In this document: in pieces, positions 34,406-44,569 of the stretch
How positions within the stretch are numbered: position 1 is the first letter of the stretch
How the letters are laid out: each line of letters begins with the position of its first letter
DNA from: Minisyncoccota bacterium
GTDB taxonomy: Bacteria; Patescibacteriota; Minisyncoccia; Phycocordibacterales; SBAW01
NCBI GenBank assembly: GCA_035510635.1
Contig: DATKGU010000006.1
Span: forward strand, 1-61,403
DNA length: 61,403 nt
Reading direction: 5' to 3'
Program-made: the position numbers and the translations under genes
Notes under the pieces: model-generated
The model's input: only the letters and a program-made list of their open reading frames with translations
The model's database searches: none
What the model was told of the DNA's origin: nothing

Positions 34406-35181
34406 AGGAATAGTTGGGAAGGTCGAGTAAATTCGGCGCCATACTCGCACGCTTTTGCTATGAGCTTGATGAGCAGCTCTTTTTTTTCTTTAGTGAAATA
34501 ATGCAGATGTACGACCACAACAAAGACTCCGTCTTTTTGATGCGCATATGTTAATCCTTCAAAAACATCTTTATCTTCGAGCCGGTACGAACATGCTTCT
34601 TTGTGCTTGCCAAAATCAAGCACGCGAGGGTATGCGGGCACCACTCCCCGCAGCGAGTGCACGAGCTTAAAGCCAAGCATTCGTACAAATATCGCCGCAT
34701 ACTGCCAGCGCCACAGCCAGTTGCGCAATCCCGCGCCACGCCCGCGGATAATGTCCATGCCGGCGGCCTCTATGGCACGAACTCCCGCGCTCCCTATCCA
34801 ATCGTGCGGTGGCACAAAAACCGTCACCTTCTGCCCGAACGCCTTTTCAAGTTCTTCCTTGCCCCGTTTTGCTTCACCAATCGGGACAGCGCGGGCATAT
34901 TCGAATATTCCGCGCTTCGTCTCGTGCGTCGTGCCATGCTGGAGGATTTCGATAAGCGGCTGACGCTGTACATACTCGACAAGCTCCCGGTTTGCGCTTA
35001 TTGGCAATTCTTCGTCTTTGTGAGGAGAGTCGGCGGTATATACGTCGCTCTGCGGAGTGACAAACGGAATGGCCGAAAATCCGACGGGGATGCCCTGCGC
35101 AAATATATCCGCATACCACCGCTCAATATCCGCGGGTGTAGAAAAATAATTGAGGTCGTCGTCGCGCAGTATAAATTTCAT
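34402..35181 (-). CDS. Polysaccharide-deacetylase-like protein (DUF2334-type), tentative
   Basis: MKFILRDDDLNYF, LQHGTTHE, VFVPPHDW resemble the Asp/His metal-site pattern of deacetylase-like folds. The ATG at 35181 forms an ATGA overlap with the upstream stop. Confidence 0.4.
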   Translation of the reverse strand: MKFILRDDDLNYFSTPADIERWYADIFAQGIPVGFSAIPFVTPQSDVYTADSPHKDEELPISANRELVEYVQRQPLIEILQHGTTHETKRGIFEYARAVPIGEAKRGKEELEKAFGQKVTVFVPPHDWIGSAGVRAIEAAGMDIIRGRGAGLRNWLWRWQYAAIFVRMLGFKLVHSLRGVVPAYPRVLDFGKHKEACSYRLEDKDVFEGLTYAHQKDGVFVVVVHLHYFTKEKKELLIKLIAKACEYGAEFTRPSQLFL

Positions 35182-36341
35182 ATTTTTTTCTCGCGGCGGA
35201 GAATTTCCTGATAAATCTCCCACACCGCCTCGCCAAATGGTTTTTTATGCTCTACAGCCGCGCGCGCCGCTTTGCCCATGCGCGCCACCTCGTCGCGATG
35301 TTCATAAAGATACCTGATTTTTTCGGCCAATGCTTGTGCGCTGCGTATTGGCACGACAAAACCCGTTTTGCCGTCCTCAACAATCCCCGCGGCGTTCTCG
35401 GTGGTGATGACCGGCAGGCCGCACGCCATCGCCTCAAGCGTTACTCGGCCAAAACCTTCGGTGAGCGAAGGAAACACGCACACCGACGCATCCTTAAAAT
35501 ATTTTTCCGGCGTATGGCTGTTCCCCACCCATGTAATACTGGAGTCCTTCGCAATCATCGCATCGTAGCGATGCTTGAGTTCCTCGGGCATGTCGCCGTA
35601 GCCGCCAACGAGCACCAGCTCGGCATGCGGCAGCCGCAAGGCGCTCCATGCGTCCAACAAATAGTGCAGGCCTTTGAGCGGCGTCGTATACGCGGCATAC
35701 ACGACCCTAAAAATATCGTCTTGCGTCGACGCATGCGCGGGAGCAAAACGCGTGATGTCGATATCGGGATGAGCGACAAAAATACGGTCAGCGGGATATC
35801 CTTGCTCAACATAGGTGCGCTTAACAAAATCCGAGATGGCAATTAAATAATCGAACGCGCCAAGATGCGGACTGCGCTTATCGAACTTTGTAAATATTCC
35901 TTCGTGCTTGATACCGAGCGATTGCAACTCCGCTTTTTCCATCTCAGCATTCGAGTGGATATGCGCGGTAACGGTAAGGTCTATCGCAATCGATTTGTTG
36001 GTGTGTGCTTTTTGCAATGTACGCGAAAGAAAGTAACCGCCATGAAAAAGCACCGCATCGGCCCGCGCGAGTTTGGAGGCCGCAAAATAGTCAAATATCG
36101 CTTCGAGCTTGTATCGTGCTATCGCAGTGTCGAACACCCGTTCGTACGCGCGCAATGGATACCACATCCACGCTGGGATAGCCGAGACGGTAGGGTTAAA
36201 ATAAAAGTTCCGATGCAAAAGGCAGACAACCTGCGCGAGCTCCTTGTGCTCGGCAAAAATATCGATGACCGGCTCGATATCGGCCGTCTTTAAATTTTTT
36301 TGTTCGCCAAGATTAGCAAATGTGATGATAGAAACTGACAT
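35178..36341 (-). CDS. Glycosyltransferase, GT4 type (GT-B fold)
   Basis: C-terminal motif PSLTEGFGRVTLEAMACGLPVITT...GFVVP. Start trimmed to ATG 36341 (MSVSIITF). Confidence 0.85.
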   Translation of the reverse strand: MSVSIITFANLGEQKNLKTADIEPVIDIFAEHKELAQVVCLLHRNFYFNPTVSAIPAWMWYPLRAYERVFDTAIARYKLEAIFDYFAASKLARADAVLFHGGYFLSRTLQKAHTNKSIAIDLTVTAHIHSNAEMEKAELQSLGIKHEGIFTKFDKRSPHLGAFDYLIAISDFVKRTYVEQGYPADRIFVAHPDIDITRFAPAHASTQDDIFRVVYAAYTTPLKGLHYLLDAWSALRLPHAELVLVGGYGDMPEELKHRYDAMIAKDSSITWVGNSHTPEKYFKDASVCVFPSLTEGFGRVTLEAMACGLPVITTENAAGIVEDGKTGFVVPIRSAQALAEKIRYLYEHRDEVARMGKAARAAVEHKKPFGEAVWEIYQEILRREKKI

Positions 36342-36354
36342 AGAAATACTTGCA

Positions 36355-37476
36355 TTAGAGCACAGCCTCTGCAAAGAGGCTCTCATACGCTTTTACCGAA
36401 CGTTCTATCGAATATTTTTGCACAGATTCTTTTGCGGCAGCACCCATAGTCACTGTATCTGATGCAACGGCTTTTTCCAATGTATCTGCCACAGCTTTGG
36501 GGGTGTACTCGGAAATAAAATAGCCATTCACACCCTCTTGTATGAGCACGTCCGGCCCTGCGGTCTTCGTAGTCACCACGGGGATTCCACAGGCCAGCGC
36601 CTCTGCATGTGCAATGCCAAATCCTTCAATAAGGGATGCGGATACGAAAAAATCGCATATTTTATAGAACTTCCAAATATCCTGCCGAGTTCCAAAAAAC
36701 ACAGCGGCATCAGCAATGCCCAGCTCGTTTGCATATGCCTCAAGCATACTCTGCAGACCGCCCCCCCCGACTATCGCAAGCTTGTAATCCGGATGGGTGC
36801 GATAAAAGAGTGCAAAACCGTCAAGAAGCAACGTATGATTCTTCTGCGGCACGAGACGCGCAACACTGAGGATGATTCGGTCTGAAGACTTAAATCCTAA
36901 ATCTCGCTTTAGCACATCGGAGGCGGGTAATTGTTCGAGTTCTGTTTGAATTTTTTTAATATCGACACCATTGTGTATAATGGCGAATTTTTTATACGGT
37001 ATTCTCTCTTGCTTGGAGGTGAATATGGCAACCGTTTTTGAAACCGCCATGATGCGATACGACCATAGAGCAAGTATGCGGTCTACACGCCGCTGCGCCC
37101 AAGTTTTTTCAGTATAGGTGTTGTGTTCGCAAGCTATGACGTGGAAGCCGCAGAACAATTTTAGGATACGGAACACCGTGTTCGAAAAAAATAGGCTCGA
37201 CACCACAATGTCGGGCTTCAGTTGCCGCAAAAGTTGGTACAGCTGCCACCAGCTCCGGACATCTCGCACACTCATGAAGTTTAGCCGGTGTATCTCAATA
37301 TCAGGCGGTAGCTCAGCATAAAAATCTTGCTGGTCGGAAAACTGAAAGAGTGTGATTAACACGATCTCAAATGTATCTCTGTCAAAATATCGGAGTTGCT
37401 CTACAAATAAACGCTGAACGCCGCCCACTAAAAAATCATTCATTCCAAATACGACTTTAATTTTTTTATTTTTCAT
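36355..37476 (-). CDS. Glycosyltransferase, GT4 type
   Basis: SLIEGFGIAHAEALACGIPVVTT. Start trimmed to ATG 37476 (MKNKKIKVVFGMN), 1 nt after the upstream stop. Confidence 0.85.
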   Translation of the reverse strand: MKNKKIKVVFGMNDFLVGGVQRLFVEQLRYFDRDTFEIVLITLFQFSDQQDFYAELPPDIEIHRLNFMSVRDVRSWWQLYQLLRQLKPDIVVSSLFFSNTVFRILKLFCGFHVIACEHNTYTEKTWAQRRVDRILALWSYRIMAVSKTVAIFTSKQERIPYKKFAIIHNGVDIKKIQTELEQLPASDVLKRDLGFKSSDRIILSVARLVPQKNHTLLLDGFALFYRTHPDYKLAIVGGGGLQSMLEAYANELGIADAAVFFGTRQDIWKFYKICDFFVSASLIEGFGIAHAEALACGIPVVTTKTAGPDVLIQEGVNGYFISEYTPKAVADTLEKAVASDTVTMGAAAKESVQKYSIERSVKAYESLFAEAVL

Positions 37477-37477
37477 A

Positions 37478-38119
37478 TCAGGCAGTGTCTGCTCGGCGCA
37501 TCGAAAAGACAAAGCCGAGCGGGTAGCGCTCGCGCGCGGCTGGGCGCAGTTTGAGAAACAGATGGTCGAGGCCCGTGTATAGCGGATAAAGAACAACCCG
37601 TACAATCCGCGGCACTGAAAGGACAAGGTTGTTAAAGTTTGCAAGAAACGGGCCTCCGCCGATTGCTTTTATTTTTATGTCCGTAAACCCGGCATCGGCA
37701 AACATGCGTATAAGCGCCTCTTTTGTGTATCTAAAATAATCGTGCGGGTCGGGATGATACTGAATAAGAAACGGCACAAAGCCCACAAGCTCCCCTCCCG
37801 GCCGCACCACCCGCTTTATTTCGCCTATGAAAAAACGGTGGTTGTACACATGCTCAAGTACGTTTGCGCAGAGCGCAGTGTCAAAACTGTTGTCTGCAAA
37901 CGGCAGCGCATCTTTTTCAAAATCGATGCCGGAAAAAGAGCCGTCAACCGGCGTCACAGATGTCGCGCGCGTCATGTCAAAGTATTCAAAATAATCCGGC
38001 TCATGCCCTCCGCCTATATCTACCACAACTCCCTCAAGCGCATGCTTTTTAAACTCGAGGTTCATTGATATCCTGAGCAGGCTCTGTCCGGCGTATATCT
38101 TTTTAACAATAAAAAACAT
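37478..38119 (-). CDS. Class I SAM-dependent methyltransferase (Methyltransf_11-like)
   Basis: VVDIGGGHEP, CANVLEHV, RVVRPGGELVGFVP. Confidence 0.8.
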   Translation of the reverse strand: MFFIVKKIYAGQSLLRISMNLEFKKHALEGVVVDIGGGHEPDYFEYFDMTRATSVTPVDGSFSGIDFEKDALPFADNSFDTALCANVLEHVYNHRFFIGEIKRVVRPGGELVGFVPFLIQYHPDPHDYFRYTKEALIRMFADAGFTDIKIKAIGGGPFLANFNNLVLSVPRIVRVVLYPLYTGLDHLFLKLRPAARERYPLGFVFSMRRADTA

Positions 38120-38128
38120 GAGAGAGTT

Positions 38129-39196
38129 TCATACTATCGATGCATAGAGAGCCGCAACACGGGAAAAATATTCGTCCTCGCTTGCATATGGATTAAATTT
38201 TAGTACCCCGCGCTCATGCGTATTTTTGAGCCAATGGACAAGCGCCTCGGCATACTGCTCTTTTGCGGAGCCTGCAATGACGGCACCCGCCTCCCGCGCA
38301 ATGCCGACATCGGTTGAGAGCACCGGCACGCCCGCCGCGAGCGCCTCGACGATAACCATACCATATCCCTCGTACGCCGAGGTTACCAGCAATACATCGG
38401 CACTCGCGTAATAAGGGAGCACATCGCCTGCCTGCCCCGCAAACTCGACCCATTGAGCAACGCCGCATTGGCGCGCTTGATTCTTGAGTTGCTCCATGAG
38501 GTTCCCGCCGCCGACAAATGTGAGGCCAGCATCGAATCCTGCGCCGCGTGCGGCAACGAGCGCGTCGAGGGCAAGCCGGGGATTTTTTTCCTCTTCCAAG
38601 CGGCCAACCCACAGGAGTGCCGTGTTAAAACGCGGGTGCCGCGTATGTACGAGCGATGCAAAGCGCGCCGTATCGACGTAAATGGGCAGGACGTCCAAAG
38701 GCACTTTGACATGGTACCGCTCCCGCACGGCAGTACATATCCGCTCGGACACCGCATATCCGCCTGCGGCATGGCGCAAAACATATCCCGCGATCATCAG
38801 GCGCACCCGATTGAGAAGCGAGTGGCGGCCGAATGATGGAGCAAGAAAATCGGTATGCATCTCAACCATGAGCGGTACGCCAAAATAACGGGCGATGAAA
38901 AGCGCGGCAAGACCCGTCTCAAACGGGTCTTGCGCCGACACGGCGTCGGGGCGCGGCAAGCGCCGCGCGATGCAAAACGCATTCCATCCATACAACAGCC
39001 GCGAGCGGGAGTTGGTTGGATAAGCATGCACGGCGGGCGCCAATGTTTGCGCCGTGGCAATTTTGTGCGAGCGGGTCGAAAAAACAATAGAGTCCAGCGC
39101 CTGGGTGTAAGCCGAGCCGAAGCGCGTGATGCGCCGGCGCACCGCACTCTCCGGCGTAAAAATCATCCTATCGGTACCTATAAGCATTAAGCGCAT
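38129..39196 (-). CDS. Glycosyltransferase, GT4 type
   Basis: SAYEGYGMVIVEALAAGVPVLSTDVGIAREAG. Start trimmed to ATG 39196 (MRLMLIGTD); ATG 39187 is also possible. Confidence 0.85.
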   Translation of the reverse strand: MRLMLIGTDRMIFTPESAVRRRITRFGSAYTQALDSIVFSTRSHKIATAQTLAPAVHAYPTNSRSRLLYGWNAFCIARRLPRPDAVSAQDPFETGLAALFIARYFGVPLMVEMHTDFLAPSFGRHSLLNRVRLMIAGYVLRHAAGGYAVSERICTAVRERYHVKVPLDVLPIYVDTARFASLVHTRHPRFNTALLWVGRLEEEKNPRLALDALVAARGAGFDAGLTFVGGGNLMEQLKNQARQCGVAQWVEFAGQAGDVLPYYASADVLLVTSAYEGYGMVIVEALAAGVPVLSTDVGIAREAGAVIAGSAKEQYAEALVHWLKNTHERGVLKFNPYASEDEYFSRVAALYASIV

Positions 39197-40272
39197 ATAT
39201 GTTTGAGTGCTTCGGCTAACGCATACATCGCCACGGCGGTGGAAAATTGCTGCGCCTTGTGCTGCGCTGCGCGTGTCCGCTCGTGCCATTTTTCGGGATC
39301 ACTTTTTATGCTTGCTATCGCCTCTTTAAATGCTTTTGCATCGTTTGGAGCGAGCAACACTCCTTCCTTATCATCATCGATAAGTTCGGGGATGCTTCCT
39401 ATGCGCGTCGTTATCACGGGCACTCCCACCATCATGGCCTCCACTATTTGAAATGAAAAGCTCTCAAAAGAGGTGTTGAGCACAAATGCGTCGGCAACTT
39501 TACACCATCCCAACATTTTTTTGCGGGACAGCGCTCCGGTAAAAAGTACTCTTCCCTGCACGCCAAGTTTTTTGGCCTGTTGCTCCAGCGGCATACGCTC
39601 CGGCCCGTCACCGACAATCACGAGATTCCAATCAGGCAGTGTCGGCAGTAGTCCGATAAGCATGGAAAATCCTTTCCAAGGGACCAAACGTCCTGCGGAC
39701 ACCATTATATGTCCTGCCAGAACATGCTTTGGCGTTTCGATTGAAGGCGGCAGGTCAACTCCCAAATATAGGCATCGTACCCGGTCAGATTTTATTCCCC
39801 AGTGACTAACCACCCCCTCAAAATAGCGGCTCGGCACCAGCACCATGGTTGCCGAACGCACGACAAAGCGCTGTACGCGGCGCAGGAACTCGACTCTCCA
39901 AGAGTATGTTCGAAGTTGAAACTCATCAAGAGAGTCCTCAATGCCGAACCGCTGCTTCCCCTGCTCCCACGCATAATCTCCCGGGATGCGCACGACGAGC
40001 GGTCTGCCCGTGAGCGCAGCGGCAAAAACGGCCGGCAAACCCACCGAGACCGTATCCATGGCAATAATGGTATCGGCTCGAAATGCGCGCATAAAAAGAA
40101 GCATAAAATATTTGAGGTGACGGATACCTCGCGGCAAATGGCGGACTCTGCTAAACGGGACCATATCGACTGAAACGCCAAACGTTGGCAAAGTCTCCTT
40201 CATACACGCCGCGTCTGTTGCGGGGCCACCCACATCCGGCGGATACAAAGGAGTGGCAATAAGGATGCGCAT
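39187..40272 (-). CDS. Glycosyltransferase, GT4 type
   Basis: MRILIATPLYPPDVGGPA N-terminus; SFESFSFQIVEAMMVGVPVITT. Confidence 0.85.
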   Translation of the reverse strand: MRILIATPLYPPDVGGPATDAACMKETLPTFGVSVDMVPFSRVRHLPRGIRHLKYFMLLFMRAFRADTIIAMDTVSVGLPAVFAAALTGRPLVVRIPGDYAWEQGKQRFGIEDSLDEFQLRTYSWRVEFLRRVQRFVVRSATMVLVPSRYFEGVVSHWGIKSDRVRCLYLGVDLPPSIETPKHVLAGHIMVSAGRLVPWKGFSMLIGLLPTLPDWNLVIVGDGPERMPLEQQAKKLGVQGRVLFTGALSRKKMLGWCKVADAFVLNTSFESFSFQIVEAMMVGVPVITTRIGSIPELIDDDKEGVLLAPNDAKAFKEAIASIKSDPEKWHERTRAAQHKAQQFSTAVAMYALAEALKHICA

Positions 40273-40283
40273 AGCAGTGATTG

Positions 40284-41318
40284 TTATGAAATTTCTTGTA
40301 TGAGTTTCTCGACAAGCGCATCCAAACTATTTTTTTTGAGAACTCCCGACAGCTCTGCCGAAAGACGCACTCGATCTTGGGGAGAAACCGAAAGCAAGTG
40401 TTCGAGCTTGTCGGCAAGCTCTTTGTCATTGTTGTACTCATAGCTAAATATCTCCGGCACCATCTGTGCAAAATCGAGACTTGCCGTGAGCACTAAACAC
40501 CCGCACGCTACCGCCTTAAATATCGTTTTGTCAAACATGCCGCTTTTACTACAGTTGACAAATATATCGTGCGAGCGGTACTGGCGAAACGTTTCCGTAT
40601 TGGGAACTGCGCCTACAAACGCAACGCGCGCGACGATGCCAAGCTTCTCGGCCCGCGCTTTAAGCTCTGCGGGATAAGATGAAAGAGGGTCGGCCGGCCC
40701 GCCCGCCACCGTAGCAGAAAAATTGATTCCGCGCTTCTCGAGAATGCCAAGCGCATCAAGAAAGAGCTCCGGGCGTTTGGAAGGATCGAGCCGTGCAAGA
40801 AAGAGTACGGAGTGCGGCGTGCGCGGAACGGCTACATCCATCCGGCTCGACTCTATGTCGATGCCGACAGGCATTAAGCGCGTTTTTTTATACTTAGCTG
40901 TATGGGAAAACTTTGATGTGCAGAAAACTTTGTTACACCACCAGGCGGCAAAGTCCGTGAGAAAGGTGCCGTAGTAGTGGTTGTACCACATGTATACATG
41001 TTTGCCCCACAGCTTCCAGAATGGGCCCCCAAGAAGCACATATTCCTGATTCATGTGCACGAACACGGTATCATACCGCCCGCGCAAAGAAATAATCAGC
41101 CTATAAAAACGCAGGATATAGACGAGCCGCGGCTTCCTGCCCGTCTCTTTACCCAAAGAATGCACCCGCACATTGGCCGGCAGGTTGTGTACTCCTTCCT
41201 CGAGACATATAACCTCGATTGACTCCACATGCCGGGAAAGTTCTTCTATCCAGTTATGAAAAAACCCAAGCGTCGAATCGGGGCGGTCTACCTTCTGAGT
41301 GCATATGAGAAGGCGCAT
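40284..41318 (-). CDS. Glycosyltransferase, GT4-like
   Basis: MRLLICTQKVDRPDSTLGFFHNWIEEL N-terminus, then a GT-B C-terminal half (LFLARLDPSKRPELFLDAL...FKAVACGCLVL). Start trimmed to ATG 41318, because the longest ORF overlaps the divergent gene. Confidence 0.75.
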   Translation of the reverse strand: MRLLICTQKVDRPDSTLGFFHNWIEELSRHVESIEVICLEEGVHNLPANVRVHSLGKETGRKPRLVYILRFYRLIISLRGRYDTVFVHMNQEYVLLGGPFWKLWGKHVYMWYNHYYGTFLTDFAAWWCNKVFCTSKFSHTAKYKKTRLMPVGIDIESSRMDVAVPRTPHSVLFLARLDPSKRPELFLDALGILEKRGINFSATVAGGPADPLSSYPAELKARAEKLGIVARVAFVGAVPNTETFRQYRSHDIFVNCSKSGMFDKTIFKAVACGCLVLTASLDFAQMVPEIFSYEYNNDKELADKLEHLLSVSPQDRVRLSAELSGVLKKNSLDALVEKLIQEIS

Positions 41319-41343
41319 CCGAGTATGATACACTACTTTTGCG

Positions 41344-42495
41344 ATGAAAATAATCCTCGCAACGCCGATGTATCCCCCAGAAATGGACGGCGTGGCTGCG
41401 TATAGTAAAGAGCTTGCCGAGCGTTTGCGCAATGCGCACGACATCACCATCGTGGCATATGCCAGTACCTCGGAAAACATTGCAGGTGTAAAGCTCCTCA
41501 CCGTGAGCAAGCGCCGCCCGCTTGGGGTGCGCCTGCCTAAATTTTTTTGGACACTTATGCGCGCGTCGCGCGGCGCTGATGTCATCTACGTACAAAACGC
41601 AGTGGCCGCGGGCTTACCCGCCGTTATCGTCGGCACACTTTTACATATACCGGTGGTGCTCAAATTTGTCGGAGACGAGTCGTGGGAGCGCGCCGCGCAA
41701 TTGCGCCAAACCACAAAACATTTGGAAGAGTTTTTGGCATCAAACGACGGCTCTTTTAAAATCCGCACGCTCCGGCGCGTGCAACGATTTACACTCCGCC
41801 ATGCAAGCATGGTTACCACACCCTCGGCTTATTTGGCCGACACGCTGGCACATTTTTACGGCGTGCCGCGGGAGCGTCTTGTGGTCAACTACAACGCCGC
41901 CGAGAAACCCGAAGTAACACCGTTTGAAAAAGCCGCGGTGCCGCATCAGCTGGCGGCTACCGCGCGCCTCGTGGAGTGGAAAGGCATCGACGGCATCATA
42001 CGCGCCGTGGCACTCCTCGTTAAAAAATTCCCTGATATAAAACTCTTCATTGCCGGCGACGGTCCCGAAGAAGCGCAGCTTAAAGCGTTAGCGAAAGAAT
42101 TGCAGGTCGCAAACCATGTAACATTTCTCGGCCGCGTATCGCGCGCCGAAACCTGGCACGTCCGCAAAACATCAGAGGTGTATGTGCTCAACTCCACTTA
42201 TGAGGGCTTGCCGCACACCGCACTCACCAGCTTTGCCGCTGGCATCCCGATAATTGCCACCAACATCCCTGGCACCGACGAGGCCGTGTACGACGAAAAG
42301 AGCGGGCTCCTTGTGCCCGCAGGCGACGACACCGCACTCGCACGAGCCATTGAGCGTTTGTTTGAAGACGCACCGCTGCGTGCACAGCTTATTGCAGGCG
42401 GCAAAAAAATATTGGAAGAAAAGTTTTCTTGGAGCGCACACATTGCAACGCTTCTCTCCCTATGCGAGTCGGTTCGCTTTAAACCACGCCACTAG
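41344..42495 (+). CDS. Glycosyltransferase, GT4 type
   Basis: MKIILATPMYPPEMDGVAAY; STYEGLPHTALTSFAAGIPIIATN. Confidence 0.85.
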   Translation: MKIILATPMYPPEMDGVAAYSKELAERLRNAHDITIVAYASTSENIAGVKLLTVSKRRPLGVRLPKFFWTLMRASRGADVIYVQNAVAAGLPAVIVGTLLHIPVVLKFVGDESWERAAQLRQTTKHLEEFLASNDGSFKIRTLRRVQRFTLRHASMVTTPSAYLADTLAHFYGVPRERLVVNYNAAEKPEVTPFEKAAVPHQLAATARLVEWKGIDGIIRAVALLVKKFPDIKLFIAGDGPEEAQLKALAKELQVANHVTFLGRVSRAETWHVRKTSEVYVLNSTYEGLPHTALTSFAAGIPIIATNIPGTDEAVYDEKSGLLVPAGDDTALARAIERLFEDAPLRAQLIAGGKKILEEKFSWSAHIATLLSLCESVRFKPRH

Positions 42496-43416
42496 TTTAG
42501 TAACACCCTCTTCGAGTGACACCTCGGGTTGCCACCCAAGAAGCTCTTTTGCTTTCGTGATGTCGGCATATGTTTCTTCAACACTCGCCTTGTGGCTCTC
42601 GCGCACTTGTATATTTGCTTTAGTTCCAATCGTTTTTTCGAACACCGCCAAAAGCTCGATAAGTGAGACAGGATGATTGTTTCCTACATTTATGATTTCG
42701 TATCCGAGCGGCTTTTCAAGTGCGGCAATTGTGGCGCGCACGGTGTCTCCCACATAGGTGTAGTCGCGTTTGCGCGTACCAGCACCCGAGAGCTCTATTT
42801 CCTCGCCGCGTAACATAGCACTTACCCATTTGTACGGCACCATATTAGGACGATTGTTTTCGCCGTAGGCGTTAAAGTAGCGCAAGCAGGTAATGTTGAG
42901 ACCAAAGTTGTGATGATAGGCGTGCGCAAATATTTCAACCGCGCGCTTGGTCGCGCCGTAAGGAGATATTGCGCGGTCGGCTGGCGCGTCCTCACGCCAC
43001 GGCGCAGCGGTGGAGTTGCCATATACCGATGATGACGAAACGTACACAATATTTTGCACGCCGGTTTGTTTTGCTGCTTCAAATATATTAAGCGAGCCGG
43101 TGATGTTGTTGTCGATGTATGGATACGGATTTTCGACCGCAGCGCGCGTGTCGGCCTTGGCCGCCAAGTGTGCCACAAGCTCCGGGCGCACTCGCTCAAA
43201 AAGCTTTTGCATAGCATCCTTGTCGCAAATGTCCGCCCGCACCAGCTCAAAGTTGGGGTCATGCAAAAACGGTACTACCTGCGCCTCTTTAAACTTGAGC
43301 GCGTACGTGTCGTCAAAATTATCGACGCCCACAACGCGATAGCCGCGCTTAAGAAGCTCAGTGGCAAGGTTAGAGCCGACAAAGCCGGCTGCGCCGGTGA
43401 CCAGTACGGTTTTCAT
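42460..43416 (-). CDS. NAD-dependent epimerase/dehydratase (UDP-glucuronate 4-epimerase-like SDR)
   Basis: VLVTGAAGFVGSNL and the catalytic YGATK. Start trimmed to ATG 43416 (MKTVLVTG). Confidence 0.85.
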   Translation of the reverse strand: MKTVLVTGAAGFVGSNLATELLKRGYRVVGVDNFDDTYALKFKEAQVVPFLHDPNFELVRADICDKDAMQKLFERVRPELVAHLAAKADTRAAVENPYPYIDNNITGSLNIFEAAKQTGVQNIVYVSSSSVYGNSTAAPWREDAPADRAISPYGATKRAVEIFAHAYHHNFGLNITCLRYFNAYGENNRPNMVPYKWVSAMLRGEEIELSGAGTRKRDYTYVGDTVRATIAALEKPLGYEIINVGNNHPVSLIELLAVFEKTIGTKANIQVRESHKASVEETYADITKAKELLGWQPEVSLEEGVTKLVAWFKANRLA

Positions 43417-43441
43417 AGGGTTATAGTAAGATACGTTTATC

Positions 43442-44569
43442 ATGCAGGCAAACCGGCAGACACATGCAAGCAAGGAGGCGTGGGAGGAGTATTGCGCGAG
43501 CGAGCTTAAAGGCGCGCGCCCAATTTTGGAACAACTTGGCTTCACACTCGACACCACGCAGGTGCACACCGGCGGCGAGCGCTACTTAATGAGCGGCCAC
43601 AAGCTGGTGCTAACCGGCCGCCGCACCAGTGATAACAAACGCGTCGTGATAAAAGTGAGCAGTTATGCAAGCGGCTCCAAAGAGATAGAGGAGGAGCACA
43701 AAGCGCGCGAGGTGCTCAAAAAAATCAACTTTGCATACCGCACCTTTTTTATCCCTGAAGAACTTTTGTTTATAAAAAAAGACGGCTACACCATCGATGT
43801 CACCGCGTACATCGAGCAGGAGCGGCCGTTTATTATGCACGAGCTCGAAGAGCAGTTTTTTCTTGCTCTGCGCGCGTTTGAAACGCAGGAGGGTGTGCAC
43901 GCCACTACTTACGCGCATGCGGCCACGATACGCGAAGCATTTGGCACGATGGGCGCGCGCGAATATATCCAAACATTTAGGATGAACATGGAGGCGTGCG
44001 TGGCCAATGACCGCGACAACAAAGAGCTTGCGGAGACTTTTGCCGAGGCACTCGCGTTTATGGAAGAGCATCGCACTATTATCGAGCGGTACTCCGGTTT
44101 TTTGACGCACAACGATTTTGTCCCGCACAACTTGCGTGTCTCCGGCAAAGAGGTGTACTTGCTCGATTACTCGGCCATACTCTTTGGCAACAAGTATGAG
44201 AGCTGGGCGCGGTTCCTCAACTTTATGATCCATCACAACCGGCCGCTTGAGCTCGCACTCGCCAACTATGTGCGTACCAATCGCGGTGAAGAAGAGTACC
44301 TAAGCTTGCGGCTTATGCGGCTCCATATCATCGGCATACTGCTCAACTTTTATACCGGCGCGCTTGGTAAAACCGAGGGCGACTTGCACACACTCACACG
44401 GGTGCGCGTAGGTTTTTGGACTAATGTCATGCAACACATACTAAAAGACGAGACTGTGCCGGAGAAAATAATTGATGCCTACATAGCCGACACAGAACGC
44501 TTGCGCTCCACCGAAGAAAAAGCGCGCCAAAAAGAAATTTTAGGATTGGAGAAGAAGGTCTCGGTGTAA
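43442..44569 (+). CDS. Phosphotransferase of the APH/choline-kinase (protein-kinase-like) fold
   Basis: Catalytic-loop pattern LTHNDFVPHNLRV followed by YLLDYS (HxDxxxxN ... D). Confidence 0.7.
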   Translation: MQANRQTHASKEAWEEYCASELKGARPILEQLGFTLDTTQVHTGGERYLMSGHKLVLTGRRTSDNKRVVIKVSSYASGSKEIEEEHKAREVLKKINFAYRTFFIPEELLFIKKDGYTIDVTAYIEQERPFIMHELEEQFFLALRAFETQEGVHATTYAHAATIREAFGTMGAREYIQTFRMNMEACVANDRDNKELAETFAEALAFMEEHRTIIERYSGFLTHNDFVPHNLRVSGKEVYLLDYSAILFGNKYESWARFLNFMIHHNRPLELALANYVRTNRGEEEYLSLRLMRLHIIGILLNFYTGALGKTEGDLHTLTRVRVGFWTNVMQHILKDETVPEKIIDAYIADTERLRSTEEKARQKEILGLEKKVSV

